DNA of 57,801 bases, filler included, from Platydemus manokwari (taxonomy: Eukaryota): the NCBI GenBank assembly GCA_037951405.1. It is 3 parts of 3 records of this genome, joined end to end, with 100 filler letters (N's around TTAATTAATTAA, not from the genome) between each part and the next. Parts side by side here need not be neighbours in the genome. Positions count along the whole stretch, not along the records: positions 27,856 to 57,801 come from JBBMOY011433643.1; 2 more parts are not named here. One strand, written 5' to 3'. Below are positions 29,170-42,469 of the stretch, in pieces (position 1 is the first letter of the stretch; each line of letters opens with the position of its first letter). Below the pieces are notes generated by a model that was given only the letters and a program-made list of their open reading frames with translations, was not told the origin of the DNA and searched no databases. Both the position numbers and the translations under genes were made by a program.

Positions 29170-32100
29170 CTAAATGGGTTTCAAATTCCAAAATATCACT
29201 TTTCCATCATTTTTACCAAAAGTAATGACAATATTCATTTTTGCCAACTGACAAATCAATCCACCGCCCACGACTCCATCATGAGCAGATAATGAATCAA
29301 CCTTTTCTAAATTTTCACCATGCCGTATATCTATTGTTCCGTCCTTATAAATAAGCCAAATATCGGTGTCATTCTTCGTTGTCAATATTGTACTCAATCC
29401 AACCGATTTCGAAGCGTTTTCAGGCATGTCTAGTAGTGATTTTCAATCATTTCCATCAATATTCACAATCAATACTCACAAATTTTATGTTTCACAAAAA
29501 CGGGATTCTTTTTATCACTGATATCATATTCGATAAACATGGGAAATCTTGATAAACCAATTAAGATATTTTGGTTAATGTTCGATACGGCCAGATAACT
29601 TATCCGGTTGAGATTTATTTTCATGTCTGGCATATCGATTACTGACAAGATAGTGCCTTCGTCAGTAGCAATATATATTGAGTGTGATGAGCTCATGATT
29701 AACGTATTTTCATCATGTAATTCAATGAGATAAATACCACCAGTGTTACTCAGGATTTTCCGAGACTAGAAATGTTAATCAATCAATATGTTATTGCATT
29801 AAGAAAAATCGGCTAAAGTTAATAAAAAGGGGTCCTACAATAAAATTTTTCATTTGTTGGGTGTATTGTAAAAATCTATTCAGTAACTTTAAATATATTC
29901 TTTAAAAACATTTCGAATTTTTATTCAAGTACTTAAAACGAATCAAATATTAAAGCTCTAAAATATTTGAGCTTCAAAATCTCCTAAAATTTGATTATTT
30001 GAGAAAGATATTAAAATAGGTCAAATTGCAATTTGTTGAAAATTAACGAGGACCCCTTTTTTTAACATAAGAAATCAATTGAAAAATGATCTCAATTTTT
30101 AAAATTATTTTAAAAAAATAAGCAATGATATTATTAAACATGTCTGTAATTGACTAACTCGACTTATAATTATAAAAATTTAAATTTAAAAATAAAAATA
30201 ATTATAAATAAGTGTTGTGATTAGAATAGGAACTTGGTTTTAAAACTATGTCTTGTCGCTATTGGATAACCTAAAAAAGTGAGATATTAATTGAATTATA
30301 GGAATAAATTAAACATCACAATTGTTTATAAAATGCATTTATAAAATTATCTCATGCGCGAAAATTCCTTATAATGAAAGTAGTTCAAAGAACCCCTTTC
30401 TTAACTTAAACCGGAAAACAAAACTTTCCAAAATAAGATTTTTCACTATGCCTCAGTTGAATAATAAGTGTGAATTTATAAGATCGTAAATAACGATTGG
30501 TTGATTTTGATGCTTGCTTTCTTTTGCAGGCATGGATTTATACAATTTTAGTGAAATAAATACTAAAAAGATTTAAACTGCTTCCCCACATTATTCATAG
30601 ACGAGTCAATAACTCTGAAAGTTAAATTATAATCTTCAAAATCTCAAATCACTTTTGTAGAAAGAATGTAATTAATTTATAATTATTTAAGCAAAATCCT
30701 ACTGATTTATGGGGAAGACGTCAATTCTAAAATTTATAAAATAATCTTTTCAATTTTATAAAGAAATGGTAATTTTTAAACCGTCACAGTTGATTGCACA
30801 ATCTATTAAGTCTCTTCGTATATCATTACTACAGATATCCATATAAAATGCCAATGAAATTCCTTTTTTTATTTGGGACCTCTTATATTTTAAATTCATT
30901 TATTTCAATACCATTAATACATCAGATAATATCATAAAGTTTTCATCTTAAGGTGTAGAAGATTATTTATTTAGTTGTTACGTGATTATTAGATATTAAC
31001 AATTTCTTTTTATTGGCTCTGACAATTACAACATGTAATCGACCAATGAGCTGGCTTCTGTTCACCATAACAAAATTAGTTATGTAATAACAAAAATAAG
31101 TCGATTTATTGTGAATACAACATCTAAACCTCTTTGTATTATTATCACTTACTGAAGTCTGAGCACTTATTTTTATCGAGTTACTTTTTCATATCATTTA
31201 GAACACATTCTACGTATTCAGGTTAAGATGTTTTTTTTTAAAATAATCTCAAAATAACTATATATATATATATATATATATGAATATTAAGCAACCTGTT
31301 GAAAGTTATCTTCACATTTCCATAACTCTTCATTGTTCATCCCGAGATAAATCACATATGAATTGAAGCTTGATACACGAGACACGCCACATTGAGGAAA
31401 ACTTACTTGATTTTCATGGATATTAAATTCCTCTACCTTTAAATCTAATGAGTCAACAAGAAATATAGATCCATTAAAACATCCAATGACCATTTTTGTC
31501 GATCCCTTAAGATGAAACATGACTTTTATTCGGGACATGAATTCCAAATCATCGGGCTGCAAGAATTGAAATGTTTCACTGATAATTTTGATAATTTTGA
31601 TGAAATATTTGTCATCATACGTTATCGCACACCACAGATCAGAGTTTTGCAACAATGGTTTGTAAATCAAAGCAGCACAATCAATTGTTATGGTGTTCTT
31701 TGGACAGGGCATTAATTTATTAAGGAGATACTTCCGTCGAGCAATCGTTCCTGGGTCGCCATTTTTTCCCATATCCATATTTCTTAATGTATGTCCTAAC
31801 ATTATTTTTGATATATCGTCGAAATATTTTTTGAAGTAAGAATTTTTCCTAGAACAGTTAACTAGGTTCTCATACATTAAACAGTGATCTGTCATTTTAT
31901 CCTGAATTACTTTATCCTTTTCTTCATTCGACAATCTATTTCCAATATTAACCTCAGAAATCAAATTGTACCAAACCTCAATATTTGGTGACAACCATAA
32001 GACGATTTTTTTCGCATGACTTGATTTGGTTATTTCGATAACTTCGGCCAGTTTTCCAAATCCTCGAATTCGTCGATCGATTTTTATTTTCTTCACAATT

Positions 32101-34646
32101 TCATTGGTGAAATCAACGACGACTTCACTGACAGTCTTACCGAAAGGAATGAAAAGTAAACGCATTTGAGATAAAAGAATTCGACCTTGTCCGAAATCAT
32201 CGACTTTTATGGAATTATTCGAGACTATTATCAATTCTTCTTCAGGTAATGCATTGATACTGATATCGGATACATTAAAATTTGTCGAAAAAAGTATCCA
32301 ACCGTTATAGAAACATTGAAAAAGATTCGGTGGAACACGTCTTACATGGTTTTTTGGTGAGTTTTGATTAAGAGTCAAGCATTTAAAAAGATTATATGCA
32401 ACATCTTCAAAATCAGTTATATCAGCATTTCTACAAATTTCAAGGAAATCTTTCTTCATTATAGGTATGTTAGGTGGAATGAATTGCTGGACGCTATGGT
32501 TGACGCTAGATCTTTTCTTTTCCACATGGTTATCAATTTTCAGGAGTGAAGTTAATGAATTAATTAATTTTACATTTTCTGGATCTTTTTTTACAATTTT
32601 TTCCAATGCACGAATGATTTCTTGAATTTTTAGAGTATCTAAAGCATCTTTATCAATCACTAGCAATTGCTCAATTGATTCTAAAGCCTTTTTTTGACTT
32701 CCACTCTGAAGATAAATCTCAATTTCAAGTTTTCTTATCTCTATAGTCTTATCGAGTTTAGATATGTGCTCCAAGATATTCTTATAGTAATCCTTTCTGT
32801 AATGCTTAGATGTACGGAGATTAATCACGGAATAAAGACTCTCCTCGACCAAATTAATATTAATATCTCTTTCGAAATGAATCGAAAGCTTTTTACCTTT
32901 TTTAATTTTCGATACTTGGAATCTAAGATGCTCCAAAAAGTCTGGGTATAAATTATCACAGATCTTCACCCAGCTGTCAGTTTCCATTTTTCGTAATTTA
33001 CTGTCAAGGAAACAATTAAAATTATCACACTGATAAATCGCCTTAAAGAAATCGATATTTTCACTATGGCTCGATGCAAGAAATCTATCAAGATTTGCTA
33101 CCAATGTGTCATTCTTTATTTCAACAACGATATTTTTTAATGGTTCCTGAAACAAATCAACCATCATCATCATAAAATGAAGCATAACCTTCTCAGAAAA
33201 TGCTTTATTAATTCGATACTCATTTGCTTTCAAATCATTTAGAGAATTATAACCGACATTGGAGAGATGATTTCTAAAATGTAGCCAATCTCTATCTGTT
33301 AAGCCTTGTTTTAATTGTGCGATCAGATTGTCAGATATGTTGTAGATTTTACATTTCTTGGGTTTATTTATTGTTCCTTGGTCGAGATCCACAACAATAA
33401 TATCATCATAAGAATTGATCACTTTTTCCTTCATATTATGTGGTAGTCCAATTAAGAATGGAATGATAGCATCAATCAATACATAAAGATGAGGTGGAAC
33501 GACAGTTAAATACAAATGTTTCCATATAAATGGTTGATAGAGAATCATTAGTGTTTCACAAATGATCGTAGTGATGTTTAAAAATTTTGAAAAAAACGCA
33601 ATTTTCTGATCTTGGAACATGGCTATGAGAATGAAAATGATATCGTCTAATGAAAGACTTTGAAATAACAAGCTCATATCCCAGTCGATGATTTGTTCGA
33701 AAATCACACTGTTTGGTTTTATCGAATACAATGTCCGATCAATGGAAAAGTCGATTTGGATATCACTTGAATGCATGATAGGTATGCGAGTGAGAATTGA
33801 TGAATATTCAAGAATCTCCTCATCGATTTGCGTCGTACCTTTATTATCAATCGACAAAAACAATTGACTCAGAATATCTTTGAACAGATTCAAGTAAGGA
33901 TATTTGGAAAAGAACACAATGTTACATGGAAGATAGATATCACCTCTACTATCGAGATCGGTTTCGAATGCTGGTACGATTTTTATTTCGTTATCACTAT
34001 CATTTCCAGTGAATGTGTTGGATTCCGTGGAAAAATGTCGATGAAATTCCAATCGAAAAGCGTAAGACCTGTTACCCAAATTGTCTGTCATGGGTAATAT
34101 CTCAATTTTCGGTCCAACATGTTTATCAGAAATTTTAAGATTGTTATTGAAATAGGTACCGGGAAAAGCTTTAATTGTTTCTATAGATACTGATCCCAAA
34201 GAACCTTTGTAATTGTCCAATGAAAGTAACTTCATACTTTTTCTTCGACTTTGGTATTTCGATGCTCGTCTGTTAAATCCCACTGAAATCCCAGGATCTT
34301 TAAGTTGATCGTGAATATCAGTTTTATTGTATTGATTTATAATATCATGAATTAAATGGAATTCTTCATGGCTGAACTGTTTCGTATATTGCGGTTTTGA
34401 TGAAGTGTCAATCGATGATTCTTCATATCGTTGAAAATCTTCTGGAGGATATTTGTAATTGGTTTTCGAGAATGGAAACATGGCTACTGTTGAAGATATA
34501 GCAGCAAGGATATGTTGTTGGTAATTGGGTGCTGATTGTGAGTCGATATGGTTATTGTCGAACATTGAAAGTCGTAGCCCACTAAATTCATTGACTCCAA
34601 TCATAAGAGTACAATCGACAAGAGAATCAAAATAACTCTCGGCCAT
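29170..34646 (-). CDS. DENND3: DENN domain-containing protein 3 (Rab GEF: DENN + PH-like + C-terminal WD40-like), 3 coding exons, ~1298 aa
   Basis: Exons 34646-31296, 29765-29480, 29429-29170 splice in frame (3897 nt). DENN core (FSKYPYLNLFKDIL, QPFIWKHLYLTVVP, DAIIPFLIGL, VVDLDQGTI), DENND3-like segments (KDFLEICRNADI..LFKCLT; GQGRILLSQMRLL; WYNLISEVNIGNRLSNEEKD) and a WD-like end (TFGKNDGKVIFWNL). Confidence 0.88.
29818..30066. repeat. Imperfect inverted-repeat pair (MITE-like) in DENND3 intron 1
   Basis: GTTAATAAAAAGGGGTCCT (29818-29836) versus AGGACCCCTTTTTTTAAC (30049-30066). Confidence 0.55.
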
Positions 34647-35333
34647 GATTTTCAATAATGGTTGAATAATTGATTATTGAATCGATTTAAATCTGTAATT
34701 GCTCTTAAATTGGGTGCTAAGGTCAAATATTATTTCATAAACAATTACTAACATTAATTTCACATATCACCTTTTGAAAACAATGAATTTACGGCTGTTT
34801 TGCACATTGCATGAATGATATGAGAGTTGATTAGAAATATTTTTATCATTAATAAGTGATTATAATGATTAACTTTTATTTAGGATCAAATATTAATTAA
34901 CACAATATAATGATGGAATAAAGTACAAAATATGTGTGCAGGAAATTCATCTCATTAATAACGATAAGTATATAAGTTTATCATCTCAAATGCCAACTTC
35001 AAGTTCGAAATGCTTTTAAATCATAATAATGTGTGACATCATAGTGTATAATAATTAATAATCTATCTATTAATATCTATCATATACACGCATAATTAGT
35101 AATTTAAACTTTAAATTCTAAAATTAATTGATTGTAGCTGTGAATGGTGTTACGAGATTTATTTAAATACAAATTTGTTTGGTTTATTGGATTGATTGTG
35201 ACTTGCATGGGCCTGGAAGACTTGATTTGTGAAGTCATGGACGCAGTGGATGCACAGCCTGTCACAATTTTGCTTTTTCTTTCATTCATCTCGGCTTTTC
35301 ATTGGGTAGGAATTCTTTGTTTGTTTTTTTATG

Positions 35334-36786
35334 TTAGATAAAATCTATCAGCACACCGGTCGAGTGAAAATGCCAGATTTTTGCCGAATTTTCAATATTT
35401 CAAATTGCGCATTCTTTGACCAGGTTTCGGTTTTTATTCTTCGGCACACCAATTTTCGCCAAAATTGCTTCTGTTGAGGCCCGGAACTGCACCTACTGAG
35501 TCTATAATGCACTTGATAAGCTCAATATATAAATCTGGTTTCAATTTGGCTAGCTCATTCCTAAAATCGCTACAATGAATTATATTATTTTTGTTTGATT
35601 CTCCGAATTTTTGTAGCGTGTCAGTCGGACATTTCATGTCTACCAGAAAGATCTTTTTTCGCTCTACATCAGTAACCAATAAATCGATGCGCATTTTTCT
35701 ATCCGGTAACAATGAGCACATTTGTTTTACGACTACAATAATATTTTTTGATCAAAGACAGTCAACAATTTTGTTTAGGCATGCATCATGGTGAGCAGTT
35801 TGTAGCTTTTTCGGATTGCAACACTGTAGTACATGTGACATGGTTTCAGTGAAACTGTGGCAATGTCGGCACTTTTGGCTTTCCTCATTTGTCTTCCAAG
35901 GCGATGCATTAATTGCTAGAGTATTTGTTCTAGCTCAATGAATGAATTTAAACGCAAAAGATTTCAGCCACTACAAGAAATCATCTTATTAATTCGTGGA
36001 GATAGCTTAATTGTATCTGAAATAAAATTACTGCGTTCACTATCAAGCCATCTTGAAGAATAAGATACCTGAATTAATTGATGTAAAACAAGAGATAGTT
36101 GTTTTCGATTACGAGGACCAAAGTTGTAAGTACCGCAAAAATCAGATGTCATCCCCAAGTAAGTTTCGTTTTTAACAAATTCAAAAATCTAGCTAATTTT
36201 GTGAGTATTTTGAAAATATTTCACAGCATTGATAACATGTATTCACCAAGTCTTTTTAGAAGCAGAGTTTACTATAGATTTTTTTACCTTTGATCCACTC
36301 AAGGCTTTCACCGGTTGATGGATTTACGATACGAAGTCTTGTAGAAGAAACAAAGCAAATTGAATCAGAGATGATACTTTTTGTCAATGAACAATCAGAG
36401 TTTAAAAGACGAAATGCTTGAACAATGCATTGAGTGTGATATTCATCAATCAATCCAGTAAGTCCAACAACACAATTTACTATCGATGACTAAAGATAGC
36501 AGTTTTCAGCTTGATTTGGTAAATGAAGTAATTGCTTCATATAAGCTTGTATTTTACTATTTTTCTCTTTCAGTGAAAAAATTTTGATTTCGCTACTTCT
36601 AAACGCATATACAAGTCTAGAGTGCAAGAAAATTCTATAAGATTTAAGCTTTTGCCAATCCCATAAATCAGAGTTGACTATTTTACCAAGATCAATTACA
36701 CGTTTGTTCAAAATCTCGCAAGGACATTGATCATTTTTATCACCAACAGGAACACCAAGATAGATGTAGAATTTTTTAGTCAACAA
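35334..36786 (-). mobile_element. 5'-truncated, decayed non-LTR retrotransposon with restriction-like endonuclease (NeSL/Utopia-like)
   Basis: In order: RT C-terminal YIYLGVPVG, SDLWDWQKL, FKFIH*ARTN, CCHC finger CRHCHSFTETMSHVLQCC, HHDACLNKI (RHD-like), RIDLLVTDVERKKIFLVDMKCP (PD-(D/E)xK endonuclease). In-frame stops and frameshifts. Confidence 0.9.
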
Positions 36787-37617
36787 TCTTTTAATATTTA
36801 CATTATTAATAGATATTAATAATAATAATATATGTTATTATTAATAATAATAAACTGATCATAATTTTTAATCTTAAAATAGTTCATGATTACAAAGGAG
36901 ATCAATACTATAATTGATTAGGCATTAGAAATATTGTTCCAATTAAAACAAAATGAATCCATTTATATCGTATTTATCCAAACAATTTATTTTCTGGATT
37001 TCCTATTAGAACGAAATTATTATAAAACATTTTGTAAAACAATAAATGGGTTCGTTACAAAAGAAAGTGAGGAGTTATAGAGGAGATTAGTCAATTTGTA
37101 TATGGAATATATTCGAAAAGATTATTTAGTAAGATGTGACGGCATTGTAAACTATCCTAATAAATATAGATTTTTTTTGAATTGAAGGACTTAAATAAAT
37201 TAAAAAAGAAATAATCAAATTTCCTCAAAAACCAAGGTTGATGAGAAATAGTTCCAAATAAATACGTCTGGTAATTGTAAAATAAATATCATGTTGTCCC
37301 TATCGATGATGCTGATAAAACGGTTCACTTGAAACAAACAACAGATAGATATTATAGAACAACAATTAGATTTGTAAATTGTCAATGAATATTATAAACA
37401 CATATGTTGATATTAAAAAATTATATATTCGTTGTGAAAAACATTGAGAAAAGATGAAACACATTCTGAGGAACAAAATTGTCATTTAAAATAATTGCAT
37501 CAGTGTCAGCTCAAAATGAGCAGATTGTTTAGTCTTTTAATACGTTTATAACTACTAGACGAAGCAAGAGAGAATATCTTCTTAGAGCGCCTTACATTTT
37601 TGAAATGCCATTTCCCA

Positions 37618-37661
<44 letters not shown>
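37618..37661. repeat. Compound (TA)n(TG)n microsatellite
   Basis: Directly visible. Confidence 0.95.
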
Positions 37662-38203
37662 TTGATTATTTAATATATATAATTCTGAATAATTAAAGTT
37701 TACTTCGGTACTCTTTATTTGACCTGAAACTTACTGTTTCAACTCCTTTCATCATCAATAAAGCAGCAGCATGTATATTTTGAGTTTCATCATTTTATTA
37801 ATTGTATTTATTAGAAATTATTATTTTGTAAGTAATTATCAGTGTGATGATTATTGTGATAATTATATTTCAAAAAATTCAGTTACTGTTCCTGATAAGA
37901 ATCTTTAAAGGCGTGGTAATGTTGTTATTTTGATGTTGAGCGGGAACTGTGATTATAGGCATGAAACCTGATCCACAGAATGTTTTTACTTTTATTTATG
38001 AAAGATACTTTTGTATTAATCAATTCGAGTATGTATAAATATTTTTTTTGTTCGATAATCATTGATCTGATGACATAATTATTAATGATTTATATTTGTC
38101 ATAATCATCACTTCTGTTGTGTTTTATTTGCTTTTTGAATTCAATCTCTACCTTTCAAGCTGTTTTGATTCAGTAAACATCTTTGAGCCAGTTATAAACT
38201 TAG

Positions 38204-38243
38204 AAACCCTAAGGTTCCGTGGAACACTGGTTGAAAACTACTG
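38204..38243. mobile_element. Solo terminus of a hAT (Charlie/Buster-type) element
   Basis: GGTTCCGTGGAACACTGGTTGAAAACTACTG (reverse complement starts CAGTAGTTTTCAACC) resembles Charlie TIRs; the following 8-mer AGTTAGAT has TA at positions 4-5 as in Buster-type target sites. Partner end not found. Confidence 0.65.
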
Positions 38244-41206
38244 AGTTAGATTATAATGATCTTATATGAAAGGACGTTTTAATAATTAATTTCGGTTGTT
38301 ACCAATCTTCGTTGAGTGCTTCAGTTTTTTCAATTTGAAGAATATACTGGAACCTACGAAGTTTGAAGAACCATATCAGCTCGGTATCAAAATGCATTCA
38401 TGATGCATTTTTGACTTAAATAATTACTTATTTAGCAAACCAATGATTAATATCAAAGTTTATATGGTGGCCGGACTCACCTCATTATTGCTAAACTGTT
38501 TTCAAATTATAAAAATATCTGTGATTATTCTCTTTACGTAAATTTGGCATTATATATTATATTATATTCCTTATATTATGAATTTTCTGAGCTATCATGT
38601 AAGTTGCCATATAAAATATATATTATTGGTTGGTAATACACTTTGTTACGAATTCAATTTTCTTTTACCAATATGGTAATCATCCATAAAAATCTAATTT
38701 GAAAATTATGGTCCTGATATTTTATTATCGAAGTTCGGGAAAATTTTGAGATCTCAAATTCAATATAAGTTTCAAAATATTCACCACCAAAAATTCATTT
38801 ACTAAGATCTGTTGACAAAATGCGAGTTCACAAAGGAATAATGACAAAGACATAATTCAAATGCATAATGAATTAACAAAGTCTATAAGTAAAACAAGTG
38901 TTGGGAGATGGATCTTGATAATTACCATAGTTCCAGTTTCATCATAATCAATCGCTCTCACAAGGCCAGTAGACTAAAATCACATGCAAATAACATTTGA
39001 GATTAGCTTTTATAATTAGTCATCCAAATGTTACCTAACAATTGTCATATTAATTTTAGCCATGTCTCTTATTTACCATTATGATTAAAAGTCCTTTATT
39101 ATAACGATAACAATAACAATACATATAGTCATAATAAAAATGATTTCTGATCTAAATTTCGAGGTTGAGGTGGCAACTAGCAATTATTATTTTAAATCAC
39201 GTTTTACAATACATCTGTTGATTAAAAACGAACAACAGAAGAGATAAAAACATTCTGCACCTTGTAACACATGTTTTAGCACTTTAAGCATATACATGAC
39301 TACACAACCATACAGGTATTGCAACCTGCCAATAAGAAAAAACTTAAATGGAAGATTCTAATTCGAAAATGGACATAACTGCACAGTAACATATACACAT
39401 AAATTTATCAATTCCGATCAAATAAAATCGATAAATCCATCGAAACTTGAGAAACAAAATATCAAATCAAAACGTAATGCACAAATCTTAAGTATAAATA
39501 CTAATTTAAAAATGACCAACTGTCAGTTGGCAGCCAAATAATATAATATTTATTTAATTGGTTTGTGGACAATGTACACGGTGATTAGCACGATTGGGTG
39601 AAAATACAGTTGAGTAACCGTCAATTCTTCAGGATTCAATACATCTACAAACTCATCAATTTGGTTAAAACATTAAGAGTTAAAATATCCAACGAAAATC
39701 AAATAAAATATGAGGAAAATAAAAGTAATAACAATGATAATAAATAGCGAGAATAAAATAATTAGATTAACAAATTTACAGTGATAAAAAATTAAATCAG
39801 CAAAATGCTGAACATAAATTAATCACATCATTAAAGCCCCTATAACAACTTTGAAAGATAATAGTTGAAAAATAATTCATAAATTTTTAAACTGCACTGT
39901 GGAATTGATAAGTGATTTAATAAAAATTTTGGACCACATTAAACACTTAGAGTCAAAGATCGAAAATCTAGTTGGAAGGAATAAATTTATTTGCTGATAA
40001 TAAGTGTAACTAAGAAAGTCATCATAATTTATCATAATATTTAAGTTCCCCGGTGATAGATTCACGGCTTTTGATATTTGCTATATAAAATCGTTATATA
40101 TTAAAATCAATTTGTGCCCAAAGGGTTTTCATGTTATATAAGTAATGTTATAAGTAATCCAGACGTTTTGAAAAATTAATTCTATGGTTAAACGTTTGTC
40201 TGCTATAATAATTGTTTATTTGTTTGAAAATCATTTCAAATAATTATTAAAGTGTTTTTGATTTAGATGGATTACATTAGTTACAGAACTCTATAGAGCA
40301 ACGAGTCAGTTTCGGTTTATGCATTGATCGGATTTTATTGATAATAATAATTATTTTATTTACATTAAACTTATCCAGGAATATGAATCGCTATAATCAC
40401 TTATTATTTATATTGCGTTTAGTTAATAATAGTTATTTAAATCAAAGAATTTTGAACTGAGTTCATAAATAGAACATAAGGTACATCATTTTATTAACTG
40501 AGACAGATTAATTATAGCTTATATTTGACTAATTTTAAATAACTACATCCGAATTTGTAGTGTTGGTACATTATTATCATTTCGATAAATATTGAAATTC
40601 AACAAGAAGTATATTTAAACAAGAATCGATAACAATAATAAAATGGTCTACAATAATAAATATTTCAACCTTTGTTATAATATAATCCATGTCTATAACC
40701 CATGACAACCGAAATGGTCACATCTATTCTGACATTAACATTTAGAAATTCAGTCAAGGTACATAGGGTCGAAGAGAAGTTCATTAAGCAGTTGAGAATA
40801 ACAATCTAAAATTTAAAACATGCCTTGTTAATCTATAAGAAATTGATTTAAAGAATAATTTGAAATATGATAATATTATTGGCCAAGTGACATAATTTAG
40901 TTAAGTTGACAATAGAAAATAATCATTGATTTTTAGCTGTACATTATTTATCACTAAACATAATATTCTTTAAAAATATTTTAAATAGCTGTTGTTAATT
41001 TTAAAACCATAAAAATTAATTCATTATAAGTTTAAAATGAACTATTCAGAGATTTCAAATTAATTAGAACTTTAGTGGTGCTTTGTTTAAATCAATCTAT
41101 AATATCAAATTGTTATTTGTCTAATTTGCCTAAATTTTCAATATATTTTTCTTGTCAGGTTATTTAATTTCTTATTAAGTTTACTTGTGGTATTTAAAAA
41201 ATTAAA

Positions 41207-42438
41207 ATGCTTTGTTATTGGCGATTTGTATTTGCTGCGGTGGGTTTCACTGGATCTCTTTTGGTATACATGCTGAGAGTTAATCTTAGTGTAGCTATTG
41301 TGGCCATGGTTAATTCCACTATCTATAAACCTAAAAATATGACACCGGAATGCCCCGTAGCTCTTACAAATACGTCTCAAGATATTGAAGTATCTCTTGT
41401 TAATTACATATTAAATTACTAAATTAAAAGCCGAGTGGTGAATTTATGTGGTCTGAATATGAGCAAGCCATGCTGCTATCATCGTTTTTTTGGGGTTATA
41501 CAATAATGCAATTGCCAAGTTAGTAGTTCATTATTTAATTCAACATTTATTGATCATCTAGGTGGATTTTTGTTATTATATTTTAATGCGAAGTGGATTT
41601 ATGGTGTATTTACGTTTACAACATCAATTCTCACATTTCTTGTTCCTTTCGCAGCTAATTCGGGAATTTATTCTATTGTTATTTTAAGGTTTTTAATGGG
41701 TATTTTTGAGGTAAATTCCCATATACCAAATGATTGTTTTTATTAATTAATAACACAGACTAATTTTAATTTTACCTGTTTAAAATCAAAACATTTATGT
41801 ATTGGGTAATTTGAGATTAATTAATGAAAGATTCATTCTTGTATATCCATCAGTCATTTATAAATGCCCTAACTCAAATGATAGACCAATAAATCAGAAT
41901 TTATCTATAAGAATAGCGATATAATAATATATTATTATCACATTACGCATTCAACATTACATCGTATCATAGGGCCCAACTTATACAGCTCTGTACGCTC
42001 TTTGCGGACGCTGGATTCTAAGAGAAGAAAGTTCGATTTTGATGATTTGCATTGCATCAGGTAATTAATGACATTAAGATTTGATAGATTTCGTACGTGA
42101 ATAGTACTTATAATTACATATTATATGTATATTATTCATATTCACGTGCACTATTATAATTATAATTATGGAATTGTTATACTCAAATATGATTGGTTGA
42201 TATATATATCGACTGTGATTGGTTGTATAATGGCTGATGAAATTTCCAATTTGATGTGCTGAAAAGGAAATTTGAACATTTGAAATATTACGGACTTTTT
42301 GTGAATCAATGTTTATAGATAAAATAAATAATAATTATAGATTTATTCTGACTAATATTTAATATATGAATTAAAATAGATTGATAATTACTGTGATTAT
42401 TAAATATTGATATTTATCATTATTCAAAATAATAATAA

Positions 42439-42469
<31 letters not shown>

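Noticed and set aside
37500-38190. Pseudogene-like minus-strand stretch (e.g. NDETQNIHAAALLMMKGVET followed by GTAAGT)
   Set aside because: Stops in all frames and no recognisable family.
42234-42280. Hammerhead-like CTGATGA followed by a hairpin
   Set aside because: The required GAAA after stem II is absent and stems I/III cannot be formed.
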